55,190 bases of DNA. Source: Octopus bimaculoides. Lineage: Eukaryota. Under the pieces are notes generated by a model. It was given only the letters and a program-made list of their open reading frames with translations. It was not told the DNA's origin and made no database searches. How positions within the stretch are numbered: the stretch's first letter is position 1; each line of letters begins with the position of its first letter. The position numbers were made by a program, and so were the translations under genes. Of this stretch, positions 12,336-24,289 are shown piece after piece. The DNA lies in assembly GCF_001194135.2 (NCBI RefSeq), contig NC_068988.1, forward strand, positions 27,074,327 to 27,129,516, read 5' to 3'.

Positions 12336-12529
12336 AGCCATGAAATTCCCATAGAAAAAAACTGTGACAATATAAATTCTTTAGTCCGGGATAAGAAAGA
12401 GAAAGATTTCGAAAAACGAAAGGTTAATAAAATGAGGTCACATCTAAAAAAAAAAAAGTGTAAAAGGGATCTGCCGAATGAAACAGCAGAAGCAAATACG
12501 ACGACACGCGCATCATAAGTATGATAGTA

Positions 12530-12650
12530 ATTAACAGAACAGCAACAACGAAAGTAACTGCAACAACACCAGCAACAATAACAACCAGAACAAGAACAAC
12601 AAAAGCAACAATGAATTATACAACAACGACAAATACGACAAAAATCATTT
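12530..12650. repeat. degenerate (CAA)n low-complexity tract
   Basis: CAACAA/CAGCAA repeats; source of the Cys-rich minus-strand ORF. Confidence 0.8.
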
Positions 12651-13654
12651 ACAATAAATATGCCTGAACAGAATGTAGCATTTCGATGATGTCTAATAGA
12701 GTGAATTATGTCTACGGTTGTCCTTTCCAGCAAGCAAAGATCTGATTAGAATTGCTTTGCTCTCATCTTTTAAAACTTTCAGACATTAATTTTTCGAGTC
12801 TTTAAACCTCCCTGTTCTTTAGGAATTGCTAACAATTACCGTTAGGGTTTTGCTGTCTTTCTGAAACTAAGAAATAAAATCTTGTTAATTGACAATGTTC
12901 GGTTTACAGTTTTCGGTACATCACACCTTAATTTAATTATTCTTCGTCCTTGTAGAAAGTAAAGACTTTGGCGTGTTTTTCGTGACGAAGCGTTCTTATA
13001 AACTTAGAAATAACAATTTGATGAGAAATAAAACGATGACAAAGAATTTATTGTTTGAAAATTTCTAAACAGCGGTTTTGTCTACCATCAAACAGGAGGA
13101 CACAAATAGATCAACCAAGACAAAAGAGATTTACCATCCCGTTGTCCCATTCTTTATTCGGGAATTTATTTCACCATTGTCTTTTGTACACTGTTCGGCT
13201 TATTTATAGTTACTGAAGAATAAACATGAAGGAAATAAGTAGATGAATAAATCGAAAACAAAACAGATGAATAGAGAGATAAATATACAAATTGTTAAAC
13301 ATTTCTAGAAGATTAAATCTACGGTAAAGAAATAAACCTTCGGAAAAAGATCAATGACAATAGGAACAATTTAATAGCAAATAACACAAAAATAAAAAGA
13401 ATCATAATTATTTGTGAATAAATTTTTACTTATTTAGACTATTGTTCCCAGTTTTAAACAAAGCTTAGGTGCGTCAATGCTTCCGGTTCAGTTGAAATAT
13501 TTTGGTTAGTTTTATAGAAATTGTCTGGAGAGAATTAGTTTTCGCAAACTGAAGATTAAATGAGATAAGCTGTGGAGAAGGGGGTTATGCAAAAGACCAC
13601 ACGTATATTAATATATTAAAGTAATAAACTTCCACACATAGCTAATACCTACGT

Positions 13655-13663
13655 ACATGGGTG

Positions 13664-13730
<67 letters not shown>

Positions 13731-14790
13731 GTATTATATAAATATATATATATACAAACATACATATATATATACATATGTGCATATATNNNNNNNNNNN
13801 NNNNNNNNNNNNNNNNNNNNNNNNNNNNNNNNNNNNNNNNNNNNNNNNNNNNNNNNNNNNNNNNNNNNNNNNNNNNNNNNNNNNNNNNNNNNNNNNNNNN
13901 NNNNNNNNNNNNNNNNNNNNNNNNNNNNNNNNNNNNNNNNNNNNNNNNNNNNNNNNNNNNNNNNNNNNNNNNNNNNNNNNNNNNNNNNNNNNNNNNNNNN
14001 NNNNNNNNNNNNNNNNNNNNNNNNNNNNNNNNNNNNNNNNNNNNNNNNNNNNNNNNNNNNNNNNNNNNNNNNNNNNNNNNNNNNNNNNNNNNNNNNNNNN
14101 NNNNNNNNNNNNNNNNNNNNNNNNNNNNNNNNNNNNNNNNNNNNNNNNNNNNNNNNNNNNNNNNNNNNNNNNNNNNNNNNNNNNNNNNNNNNNNNNNNNN
14201 NNNNNNNNNNNNNNNNNNNNNNNNNNNNNNNNNNNNNNNNNNNNNNNNNNNNNNNNNNNNNNNNNNNNNNNNNNNNNNNNNNNNNNNNNNNNNNNNNNNN
14301 NNNNNNNNNNNNNNNNNNNNNNNNNNNNNNNNNNNNNNNNNNNNNNNNNNNNNNNNNNNNNNNNNNNNNNNNNNNNNNNNNNNNNNNNNNNNNNNNNNNN
14401 NNNNNNNNNNNNNNNNNNNNNNNNNNNNNNNNNNNNNNNNNNNNNNNNNNNNNNNNNNNNNNNNNNNNNNNNNNNNNNNNNNNNNNNNNNNNNNNNNNNN
14501 NNNNNNNNNNNNNNNNNNNNNNNNNNNNNNNNNNNNNNNNNNNNNNNNNNNNNNNNNNNNNNNNNNNNNNNNNNNNNNNNNNNNNNNNNNNNNNNNNNNN
14601 NNNNNNNNNNNNNNNNNNNNNNNNNNNNNNNNNNNNNNNNNNNNNNNNNNNNNNNNNNTATATATATATATATGGAGAGAGACACATACACAAATACATA
14701 CGTATTTTAAGAGTGAGAGAGAGTGAGAGAGAGAGTGAGAGAGAGAGTGAGAGAGAGAGTGAGAGAGAGAGTGAGAGAGAGAGTGAAAGA
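13655..14790. repeat. (TA)n tract, 869-N gap, then a (GA)n tract with GAGT interruptions
   Basis: Directly visible. Confidence 0.9.
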
Positions 14791-15547
14791 TGCAAATATT
14801 CATACATATTAACCACCACAAGAAATTCGCACGACAACAGGAACATTGACTGCCTCTACCTAAAACGTAAACGAGTACACAAAGGTTTGACATCGATTCA
14901 AACAGCTCTTAATGTCGTATCATATCTCATTGACAGCTTCGAAACGCATCCATGAATCAAGTTTGCATACATGAGGCAAATAACACCATCTATCTTCGAC
15001 ACAAAAGACAAGCAGCATCAGCTGATAACAAATGTACGTGTGCTATGCAAAACCAAGACCGAAGACATTAATATGTCTTTACTTCTGATGTACCATTCCC
15101 TATATTCATCAAAGTGAAAAAGGACTCACGTTCTTCTTCTTATTATTATTATTTTTATTTTTGGCGTAATATAGAAACTTTACAAACCAAATCATTTCAT
15201 TTCAACTGACAGCACAATAGATATATTGATATAAGCATATAAGCTCAAATAAACGCATCATGCATTTGTATGTAGAATTATATGAACGTTTGTATAAAGT
15301 ATGAATATATTTAGATATAAACACGCATCGACAGATACGAATAATAGTCAAAACTTCGAATACTAGCGGCAATCTCAGCACCGATACCGCATCAGTCTCA
15401 TTACCCTTGCTACGATGCGCTAGTTACGCATACCAACGTAAACTACAATTTCTAGAAAATGAAACCGTGAAATTATAGGCACAAAATAAAAGAAAAAAAA
15501 CAATTTAACATTAAGCTGAAGAAGTACTCAATACTTTTTAGTAAAGT

Positions 15548-15709
15548 ACATTCTTTTATTTATTTACTTCTTTCAGTCATTTGACTGCGGTCATGCTGGA
15601 GCACCGCCTTTAGTCGAACAAATCGATCCTAGGACTTATTCTTTGTAAGCCTAGTACTTATTCTATCGGTCTCTTTTGCCGAACTGCTAAGTTACGGGTA
15701 CGTAAACAC

Positions 15710-15710
<1 letters not shown>
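15548..15710 (-). mobile_element. SINE family B 3' half
   Basis: TCAGTCATTTGACTGCGGTCATGCTGGAGCACCGCCTTTAGTCGA... matches 52430-52570 and 49688-49830. Confidence 0.9.
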
Positions 15711-15750
<40 letters not shown>

Positions 15751-15875
15751 CAGCGGCAGCGGCGGCGGCGGCAGTAGTAGTAGTAATAGTAGTAGTAATA
15801 ATTCCTGTTGTTGCTGCTGGTTTTCGTTGTTGCTGTGGGGGTTACTGTGGTTGCTGTGGTTGCTGTGGTTGTTGT
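15710..15875. repeat. compound (TAG)n/(GGC)n/(GTT)n trinucleotide tract
   Basis: Directly visible. Confidence 0.9.
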
Positions 15876-16806
15876 TTAGGGTCAGATCAACCCTGCTCCG
15901 GCAAATCAATGCCTAAAAAACCTCCTACTGAAATTTTTGCCCCTTCTTTTTTTTTTTTTTCAATAGAGCTATAAGGTCTCTGAACGAAATTAATCAATGA
16001 ATCTTTCTTTCATTTAAGACAATAGAGGGTGATTTGAAAGACATCGATAAATACTTTGTTTTCCCCTCACAAGAAGTACAGAATAATTCTGCTACGATAT
16101 ATATTTCTACTGTACACTGTGCATTCACTCGTGAATCATTAATAGATTTGCACTGAAGTATTAAAGTCTTCAGGCATAAAAAAGAATATATCCAAAAGGC
16201 CTGTTTTTGAAGATGAATTCATATTTAGTTGGTCCCAAGCGATGAGCAAAATGCATACGCATAGTGTGTGCTCAAAAATATACAATATCACATGCGTGCA
16301 TATATGTGTGTCTGTGTTGTGTGTGTATGTTGTGTGTGTGTGTTTGTGTGTGTTGTGTATACATATACATGTATATATATATATATATATATGTATACAT
16401 ATATGAGCGTATATGGTCACAAATATTACATGCGTGCATTCATACATATACACACACATACACAGACTCTCATATACATATACCTATATACCTATATATA
16501 CATATATATATATACACACACAAATTTATAACTATATTTAAGGGGGGTGTATGCGCGCGCGCGCGTGTGTATGCACGTGTGTGTGTGTGTGTGTGTGTGT
16601 CGTGCAACCGCTTTCAACCACCTCAGAATATCTCCGTAAAACTCCTTATTGATCGCATGACCATGTGAAACAATCTTATGAGAAGTGACGCCTTTTTAAT
16701 TTTCAGGAAGTTTTCATCAGCATCCGAACACTCAAATAGTACCTGACTAGATTTTTTATTCATTTGTCAACAGACGCGCACAAATTTTGCCCCCAACACG
16801 ATACGT

Positions 16807-16896
16807 GTCAACCTCGGTGGAATTTGAACTCAGAACGTGTAGGCGGACAAAATGCCGCTAAGCTTATTGCCCGACGTGCTAACGATTCTGCCAGCT
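16807..16896 (-). mobile_element. SINE family A 5' half
   Basis: 82/90 identical to the reverse complement of 17033-17122. Confidence 0.92.
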
Positions 16897-16949
16897 GTTT
16901 TCTTTTAAATTAATGTGGTACGAATCTTTACACATCTTCATTTCGTTAG

Positions 16950-16994
16950 AAACTGCTTAAACAGTCAGATGATGATTTTTACAGATCTAAGCAG
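16950..16994 (+). CDS. candidate internal coding exon, 45 nt (KLLKQSDDDFYRSKQ in phase 0); gene unidentified
   Basis: Acceptor CACATCTTCATTTCGTTAG, donor CAG|GTATGT, length divisible by 3, open in phase 0 and phase 2, non-repetitive sequence. No homology recognised. Confidence 0.45.
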
Positions 16995-17032
16995 GTATGT
17001 ACTCAATATGAGTCTCATCGATTAAGTCGACT

Positions 17033-17240
17033 AGCTGGCAGAATCGTTAGCACGCCGAGCAAAAAGCTTAGCGGCATTTCGCCCGTCTATACGTTCTGAG
17101 TTCAAATTCCACCAAGGTTGACTTTGCCTTTCATCCTTTCTGAGTTGATAAAATAAGTACCAGTTGAAGACTGGGGTCGGTTTAATCGACTTTGCACTTT
17201 TCCCAAACCTGCTGGCCTTGAGCCAAAAATTGAAACCAAT
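17033..17240 (+). mobile_element. SINE family A
   Basis: Full consensus from AGCTGGCAGAATCG to CCAAAAATTGAAACCAAT. Confidence 0.92.
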
Positions 17241-17664
17241 ATGATTGTAATCGATTGTAATGGAACGTCGCACAGATTTCAATCGACTTCGGTAAATGTT
17301 TCTCCTGGTTTGAAACCCTGTTTCCACTCGTCACTTTACGTGCGGCTCAAACATCAAAAAGGTGTCCGTTAAAATTTTTCAGAATATCCAACAACACTTC
17401 ATCTAAACACTTCGATCTTTCAAGTCTTTCATTTTCCAACCTGCAACAAATCACCAAGTGCACTCATCAAATATGGTCACCTTAACATGCGTTGGCCGAC
17501 GAATATCCGATCTACCGTGATGTGGTTACCATTATACCTAAGACCGCCGTTTCCCTTACTTAACACAACAATCGCGAGCATGCTGTTGCGGTTGGTTGAT
17601 GCGCAATTTCAAAAGTTCTCTCTTTTGGAGAAGACTTTATGTGAAAATGTTTCCTTCTTTGCAG

Positions 17665-17673
17665 ACATATAAA
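17665..17673 (+). CDS. candidate 9-nt microexon (ACATATAAA; TYK in phase 0)
   Basis: Acceptor TGTTTCCTTCTTTGCAG, consensus donor GTAAGT, TGCATG at 17703-17708 downstream. Confidence 0.45.
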
Positions 17674-18249
17674 GTAAGTTAATGCATATCTTCTATATTG
17701 TATGCATGCAGCAGTGTCTGTGGATATGGAGTAATTCATAGCCTCCATAATGCGTGAGTGTGGTGTGTTGTCGGTGTATGTATGTTTGAGATGTATACAT
17801 TATATTATAAAAATTGTGGCATCATGAAGCAGAAAATATTCTAAAATAATGAGTTATATAATATATGATAGTACTGTGACTTAGATGTTAATTTAATTGC
17901 AGCTATGATTGACGTCACCAGTTTTTAGTAAAAATATGTTTTTATCATTTTAGTTGAAACTTATTCGTAAACGTATTAAATATCAGAAGTTTAGTTTATT
18001 TAAACAGTAACATTATTAGTTCTGAGAGAATAAATCTTCGACTTCTCTGTAAATCTATATTTCAAACGGTTTGATCGGTATCTTTTTTTTTTTTACGTCA
18101 AAGCAATAGTTACTTTATGTATGTATCATGTATGAGCTTGACTCGTATAAAACACACACACATATATACTTCATGCAGGTTTCATAAGTTTTATTCCGTA
18201 AAATAAACGTCAGATATTTTGAGGAGAACGGGCATACCTGTTTTAATGA

Positions 18250-18286
18250 ACAGATAGATAGCTAGATAGATAGATAGGTAGACAGC

Positions 18287-18333
<47 letters not shown>

Positions 18334-18383
18334 GTAGGTAGGTCGACGGTTAGGTAGATAGACAGACAGACAGACAGATAGAT
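18250..18383. repeat. (GATA)n/(GACA)n microsatellite
   Basis: Directly visible. Confidence 0.95.
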
Positions 18384-18388
18384 ACTCG

Positions 18389-18582
18389 AGGCACAAGGCC
18401 CGAAATTTTTAGGGAGGAGGCCAGATCAACCCCAGTACGCAGCTAGTACTTAATTTATCGACCCCGAAAGGATGACAGGCAAAGTCGACTTCGGCGGAAT
18501 TGGAACTCAGAACGTAACGGCTGACGAAATACCACTAAGCATTTCGCCCGGCGTGCTAACGTTTCAGCCAGCTCGCTGCCTT
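18389..18582 (-). mobile_element. SINE family A
   Basis: Reverse-complement consensus from AGGCACAAGGCC to CCAGCTCGCTGCCTT. Confidence 0.92.
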
Positions 18583-18811
18583 GTGTATAATATATATTAA
18601 AAGAAACAATAGTCTCATATAGAAATAAAAACTATTTGATGTACTTAATTGTTCACTACAGAAATATAGGTCATAATTTCATTAATACATTGCTGTTTAC
18701 TTTCAGACTACCGAGATGATAAAACTAATGTCATGTTCTTAATATCTGAATCAGCAATGAAGAAACAAATAAATTTATCTTTATAATAATGTCTGTGTTT
18801 ATTGCTGTTAG

Positions 18812-18821
18812 ACTTTGGACG
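18812..18821 (+). CDS. candidate 10-nt microexon (ACTTTGGACG)
   Basis: Acceptor TGTTTATTGCTGTTAG with TGC near the 3' splice site and consensus donor G|GTGAGT; open in all three phases. Confidence 0.35.
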
Positions 18822-19174
18822 GTGAGTTAAAATATTGCTGTGTATATTTGGAGTGCAAATATCAAATATAAATTTATCATGCAAAGATACAATGTCTAAA
18901 GAATGATAATTGAGGTCAATGGGAAAATGACACTTTCGGAAAGCGACCATCTGGCTTATTTAGAAGGTATTTACATATACAGAGCTTGTAACCAAAATGA
19001 AATGAAATGTTGATAACTAACGGAGTCAAGGAAAAACAACAGTAGAAATTGTTACAAAATTGAAGGCGTCTGGTGAAGCACTGGTCACATTTAGTAAAGG
19101 AGAGGCTTTTTCTGGAACTGAGATTGAAAGAATTTTTTATTATTTTACTAACCAAGTTTGTACAAACTGACAAG

Positions 19175-19500
19175 ACTCCCTCCATCATCCAGGTGCCCTC
19201 CAGGTTCAAGGCTCGGTTTGCCAAGACTCCCCGTTCACTCTGTTGTGCTTCATGTATACAATCAGCCAGCTTGTGTTTCCAATCTCTTCTTTGAAACACA
19301 TAAGTCTTCTATATCTCTTTCTCTCTTCCATTCCACACTTGCTGTCAAGATAGTATTGGGCAGTGATATGTGGAACATTATATGTCCAAAAGCTAATAAT
19401 TTGTCGACTTGATTCTCGACAATAGGATCTTTACACTTTCAGCTTTTCAAGCACAACAGCGCTTGTTACCTTGCCTTTCCAGCTTACCCAACCCAATCAG
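19175..19500 (-). mobile_element. RTE-clade LINE 3' end
   Basis: Minus strand WKGKVTSAVVLEKLKV, LLSRIKS and AFGHIM; shares the terminal CCATCATCCAGGTG (plus strand) with 28803-29160. Confidence 0.7.
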
Positions 19501-19719
19501 TGAAAGATCCACCACTACAAATACTTTAATACTAAACATTTTCACCAGTTATAAACAGGTTTGATTGGAACCAAAACTGAATTAACTGTGTAAACTTGTC
19601 TGCAAATAACATACTCTGTTTCTTCAAGTATTGAGTACGTTATTCTGTAAGATAAGCCTTTCTTCACGAACAAGCATACAATCACTCCAGTATCCAGCAC
19701 TATACTTACATATTCTATA

Positions 19720-20900
19720 ATGCAGAAACAGCAAATTATGAACAAAAACAACCATTCCTCTGGAAAAATTTGCATGAAATGTATTAAACAGGAAACTTTC
19801 AGTTTCATTAAAAGACTCGGACGGCACGCCTACTTTTCCGACAAAGAGGGTGAGAACCAAATTAAACAGTATTATATATGTATTCAAATATATATATAAA
19901 GCCTTTTATTTCCGTTTGAAGGAGATCTGGTCTCCTTAATTAGAAGTAAAAAGTTACTAAGTACCATGTTAGGAATGAAATAAAATACAAGATATTTTCG
20001 AACATTTCGCATTACACCAGTTCTAACCACAAATTTCTCTCATCAGAAATTAGTATTATCTACTAGAAAATCCATTAGGACACGTTGAATTTTATCAACA
20101 AAAACCAGAAAACAACGTCAGGTCTTCACATAGATGACGGAGCAAAGCTGTTCCTGCCAAAAACAACTGAACTTCACGTTTCAGTATCATGGCTTACCTT
20201 TGGCAATAAGCCAACCATCCAACATATCAACTTTACGAAGACTGACATGGAAATTATTAGTAAACATATATTAGATAAAATTGTTCCAAAACTCAAGGAG
20301 ATATCACACTGGAGGCGTTGGAATAATACAATTAATGTCATAGAGAGATTTCCCTGCAACTAGATATTAGTGATTACTTAGTTATTTCCGTTTTCAGTTG
20401 AGCCATATCGATTAATAACTTCATTGACGAATAAATGATTATACACGTCCGGAAAATACTGGTGAACCACGTTAGCTCTAACTAGATTTAAAAGCAATCA
20501 GGCATCCTTTTCGATGTTAGTATCAGCTCAACTGATTCGACGGAGGTCAGTGATTTAATAGGCTTCTAGTTATAATCAAACTTATAAATGCTCAATTTCC
20601 AACGATTGTAAAAGGACTATATAGAGACGACGGGCTTCTATTATTCACAGAAAACAGAGAGAGACGAAAGAAAAAAGACTACACACGTTGTTTTCAAAGT
20701 TTGAGACTTTCTATCCCCATTAAAACAAAATGTTAGCTTCTAGGATGCTACCCTTGATTTTACAATCTCTATGACTACTTGTCGCGTGAGACGAATGAAA
20801 CAATAACTTGCATTGCGTTAATTTATATCCACAAATAATCCAACCATCTGAAAAGATTTTTCAGCAATTTACAGATATTTCACATATACCTTCAGGATTC
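19720..20900 (+). mobile_element. Penelope-like element reverse transcriptase, decayed
   Basis: Collinear motifs FIKRLGRHAYF, FEGDLVSLIRS, IISKHILDKI...RWNNTINVIERF, FDVSISSTDSTEVSDLIG and GLYRDDGL (YxDD at 20620-20631), with many stops. Confidence 0.85.
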
Positions 20901-20934
20901 TCTGTAAAAAAGCAAATAATCACAGATATATCTA

Positions 20935-21390
20935 CATATTCAATAGTACTGTCATACCTGTGCTCCTGTACGTAAGTGAGACGTGAGCTGCTACGAAGAA
21001 AGAACATAGATCGCGTAGGAAACAAAGAGCCATGGAAAAAAATCTATACTAGGAATATCATTGTGAGAATAAATCCCAAATAAGGTGATTTGAGAACGAA
21101 ATGAAGTGAACGATGTGTTTGCAGATTACTGAAAGCACAAATTCTACTGGGCCGGCCATGTCACAAAATTCAAAGACAACAGATGGAATCGTGCAGTTAT
21201 TGAGTGACAACAAAGCGATCAGAAAAGGCTACTCGGAAGGCCTCCACAACGATAGAAGGAGACTTAGTAAAACAATTTGGGCCAAAATAGAAAAGAAGCG
21301 TGCAATCAACGAAAATTTGAAGCGTATTGTGACCAGCGGTGTATAACAAACAACCGTTATTCTGATCGATACAGTGATACAGTGGTATAA
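20935..21390 (+). mobile_element. RTE-clade LINE 3' end (second family)
   Basis: FNSTVIPVLLYVSET*, KFYWAGHVTKFKDNRWNRAVIE* and GRPPQR*; ends in GATACAGTGATACAGTG; same family as 30570-30835. Confidence 0.8.
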
Positions 21391-21909
21391 AGAGATTACA
21401 ATGAAGCTCTGTTGTGAAGCAGGTTTGCAGAAACTAATACATAGAAGAACCACCTAGAAAAGCCAATGTTAGCATTTGAAATAGCAGTAAAAATATTAGC
21501 AAGTTTAATGCCTTATTTAACCTCAAAATAAACATACAAATAACCAAAATTTCAATGTAAGAAATATTTCACATCGCCACATAGATACAACCGAATTTTC
21601 ACCATAATAACAATTTAGCTTTTTTTCTTCACCAAGAAAGTCAGTCTGATTATATGATGACAAGAGCATAGCTGTGGGCACAAATTTTTGTCACATCAGA
21701 CAACCAGTCAGTCTTTTACTTTATGACATCTCGATTTTGAAATGCTGGAAAAATTTTTAAACTCGAGATTATCTCCCCCTTCTCATTTGGAATTGGTGCC
21801 AATTGTTCCTCGAGATTGGTCTGCGCTTTCTGGAAGCTGAGATAATTTCAACAAATCAAAAATTTATCTTGTATGTTACTTAATATACACTTATACGATT
21901 GTTGTTTAA

Positions 21910-21958
21910 GAGAGACAGACAGACAGACTGACAAATAGATAGATAGATAGATAGATAG

Positions 21959-22020
<62 letters not shown>

Positions 22021-22022
22021 TT
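21910..22022. repeat. (GACA)n/(GATA)n microsatellite
   Basis: Directly visible. Confidence 0.95.
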
Positions 22023-22339
22023 ATACAAACCTGGAACACAACACTACAAACCTCTCCAGCTACATCTGGGATATAAAAGAGAGGTCCACTAACGAACCCA
22101 TCAACTAGAACATCCTAAAAATTCACTAACTACACACAATCATCAAGATATTCTATGAATTTTTACATTTTATTCTAGTTCACTTTATTTTTATTAATTT
22201 TTATCAATTTGTGTGTATGCTTTTTGTCTTACCAACTTATATAGAATTATGTAGATACGCATACTAATCTACGAATATGTGGATGTATGCATTTGTATGT
22301 GCTTATACGCATGTGTGTGCATATGTGTGAACTTAAAAC

Positions 22340-22900
22340 TATATGCGTGTATGTATATTTTTATATTTTTATATTTTACAATAATTTTATATTCATATCT
22401 TTTATATGATTTTATATTCATATTTTTGTATAATTTTATGCATTATTACCAGAGCATTCTCAAACCACGCTTCACTATACATTTACATATACACTTTATA
22501 CATTTCTAAATTTTTCATGTATTTTTCAGATAATTGATAAATTTTATGCATTATTGTTATATATTACATATATGTTATATATTTTCCCCCCAAAGAACAC
22601 CTATGCACACAATTCTATTTCCAAATTTCAATATATAAATCTGTGTTTGTGAGTATGTGATTGTGTACACACACACACACACACACACACAGAGTCATAT
22701 AAAACACATTACGCTCATTTTATATTACAGTATATTTTGTATAATATTACATTATATTATAACCTATATTGAATTATATCACATTTTATTTCATTACATT
22801 ACATTATACTATTTTATATCCTATTACACTGTATTAATTTATTTCATTTCATTTTATTATATGCTATATTTTCATTCTATTATTTTTCAATTTTTTAATT
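22340..22900. repeat. degenerate AT-rich low-complexity tract (ATTAC/ATTAT/ATTTC-like units)
   Basis: Imperfect 5-8-mer reiteration seen by eye. Confidence 0.6.
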
Positions 22901-23221
22901 TTTAATTTTAACCGTGCGTCACATTTATCACGAATTTTTAAATCAAAATCTTATAATTAAATCCGACAGAGTTGTAGCCCTTGAACACTTCAATGTTATC
23001 ATTCATTTTTGGATAGTACTAGCTGTTTTTCTTGTAATGGCTTCATACAACAGATGATGAACAGTGAAACATGCTTTGACTACTTATTGAATAACGCCAT
23101 TCTTGTGGCTTGCAGAGAAACTTCAAGTACTCCATATAAGTGTTTCATGTTAAATATTAAATATATATTAAATATATTCCTTTATTTCAATAATTTTGGG
23201 TTTACTTTTTTGTCTTTATAG

Positions 23222-23236
23222 AGACAGGCAGACAGG

Positions 23237-23294
<58 letters not shown>
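23222..23294. repeat. (GATA)n microsatellite
   Basis: Directly visible. Confidence 0.95.
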
Positions 23295-24289
23295 TCATCT
23301 GAGAAAAATACACTGTGTCAGCCTTTACTAAAAATGGTACGTTAGACGAGATGACACTAATATAATTAATTATATAAATTACTTGTAAAATTAAGGAAGT
23401 GAAATTAACATAAGTAATTATTTAAAAGGAGAAGGAATTTTTTTATTGAAGATTGAAAGAGTTACAAAACTGAAGGAAGAATCTGGAATCTAAAGAAGTT
23501 AAAAGGGGGGAGAAAAGACGGAGAAAAAGGATATTTATTTTACATGATGACATTATTAAATAAGACTAAATCTAAATATAAATGCATGAAAATGTATGTG
23601 TTTGTGTACGTATACATGTGTGCTGACTTCTCTATTCCGTGAGGTGTGTATATGGAGGGTTGCTTTCAATGCGCAGCATTGCATTGCAGTAATAGCCAGT
23701 CAGCTATGTGCAGTTCAGTTCTGTATTGCAAAATGATCTGGTCTTGCTGATGATGATGGTTTCATTTATTCACAAGTTTCCAATGTTTCGTTCTGTAGCA
23801 TAAATAAAAACCTCGATGTGTGGCATTTTCATGGGTGTTTTTTTTTTATGGCAGAAGAATTAGCATAGAAGTGTTCTTTAACTATATTACTGAAGTATCG
23901 GTGTATTTGTATGTGTATGCGTATTAATATGTTTGTGTGTATACGTATACATAAATGCGTGTGTAAGAACGTGCATAAGAGGGAAATGAGATCCTATATT
24001 CTTCATGCATTTCTTAGCGATGTTATTAATATAACTGAATGGAATTTCCGGCAAATGATATTCCCTGTATAAACCTAATTCACTGGAAGTTTGCCTATTG
24101 CATATTTTTGGCTTCTTTAAATTTAAGATATATTACATTTCTATTTTAATCTCGTGTCATGGTCTTAGTTACATTTAACACTAATACTGATGACAATAGT
24201 AACATCATAGTAATAATGTTATCGTGGTAAATAATATCGATTTTTAATATTCGTAGATACCCAGTTTCTTTTCAATATTGATGCCATTA

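Noticed and set aside
12308-12733. Cys-rich 141-aa ORF resembling a metallothionein or keratin-associated protein
   Set aside because: The Cys run is the reverse complement of a degenerate (CAA)n tract, and the ORF ends in a SINE head.
13642-14955. Long ORFs of 310-432 aa here, and similar ones at 25014-26081, 34654-35270, 39880-40839, 44888-45430 and 53408-54266
   Set aside because: They read through N gaps and dinucleotide repeats and carry no coding signal.
15967-15975. 9-nt AGCTATAAG (SYK) after a very strong acceptor, resembling the TYK microexon
   Set aside because: The following GTCTCT is a poor donor, and the T tract may simply be a mononucleotide run.
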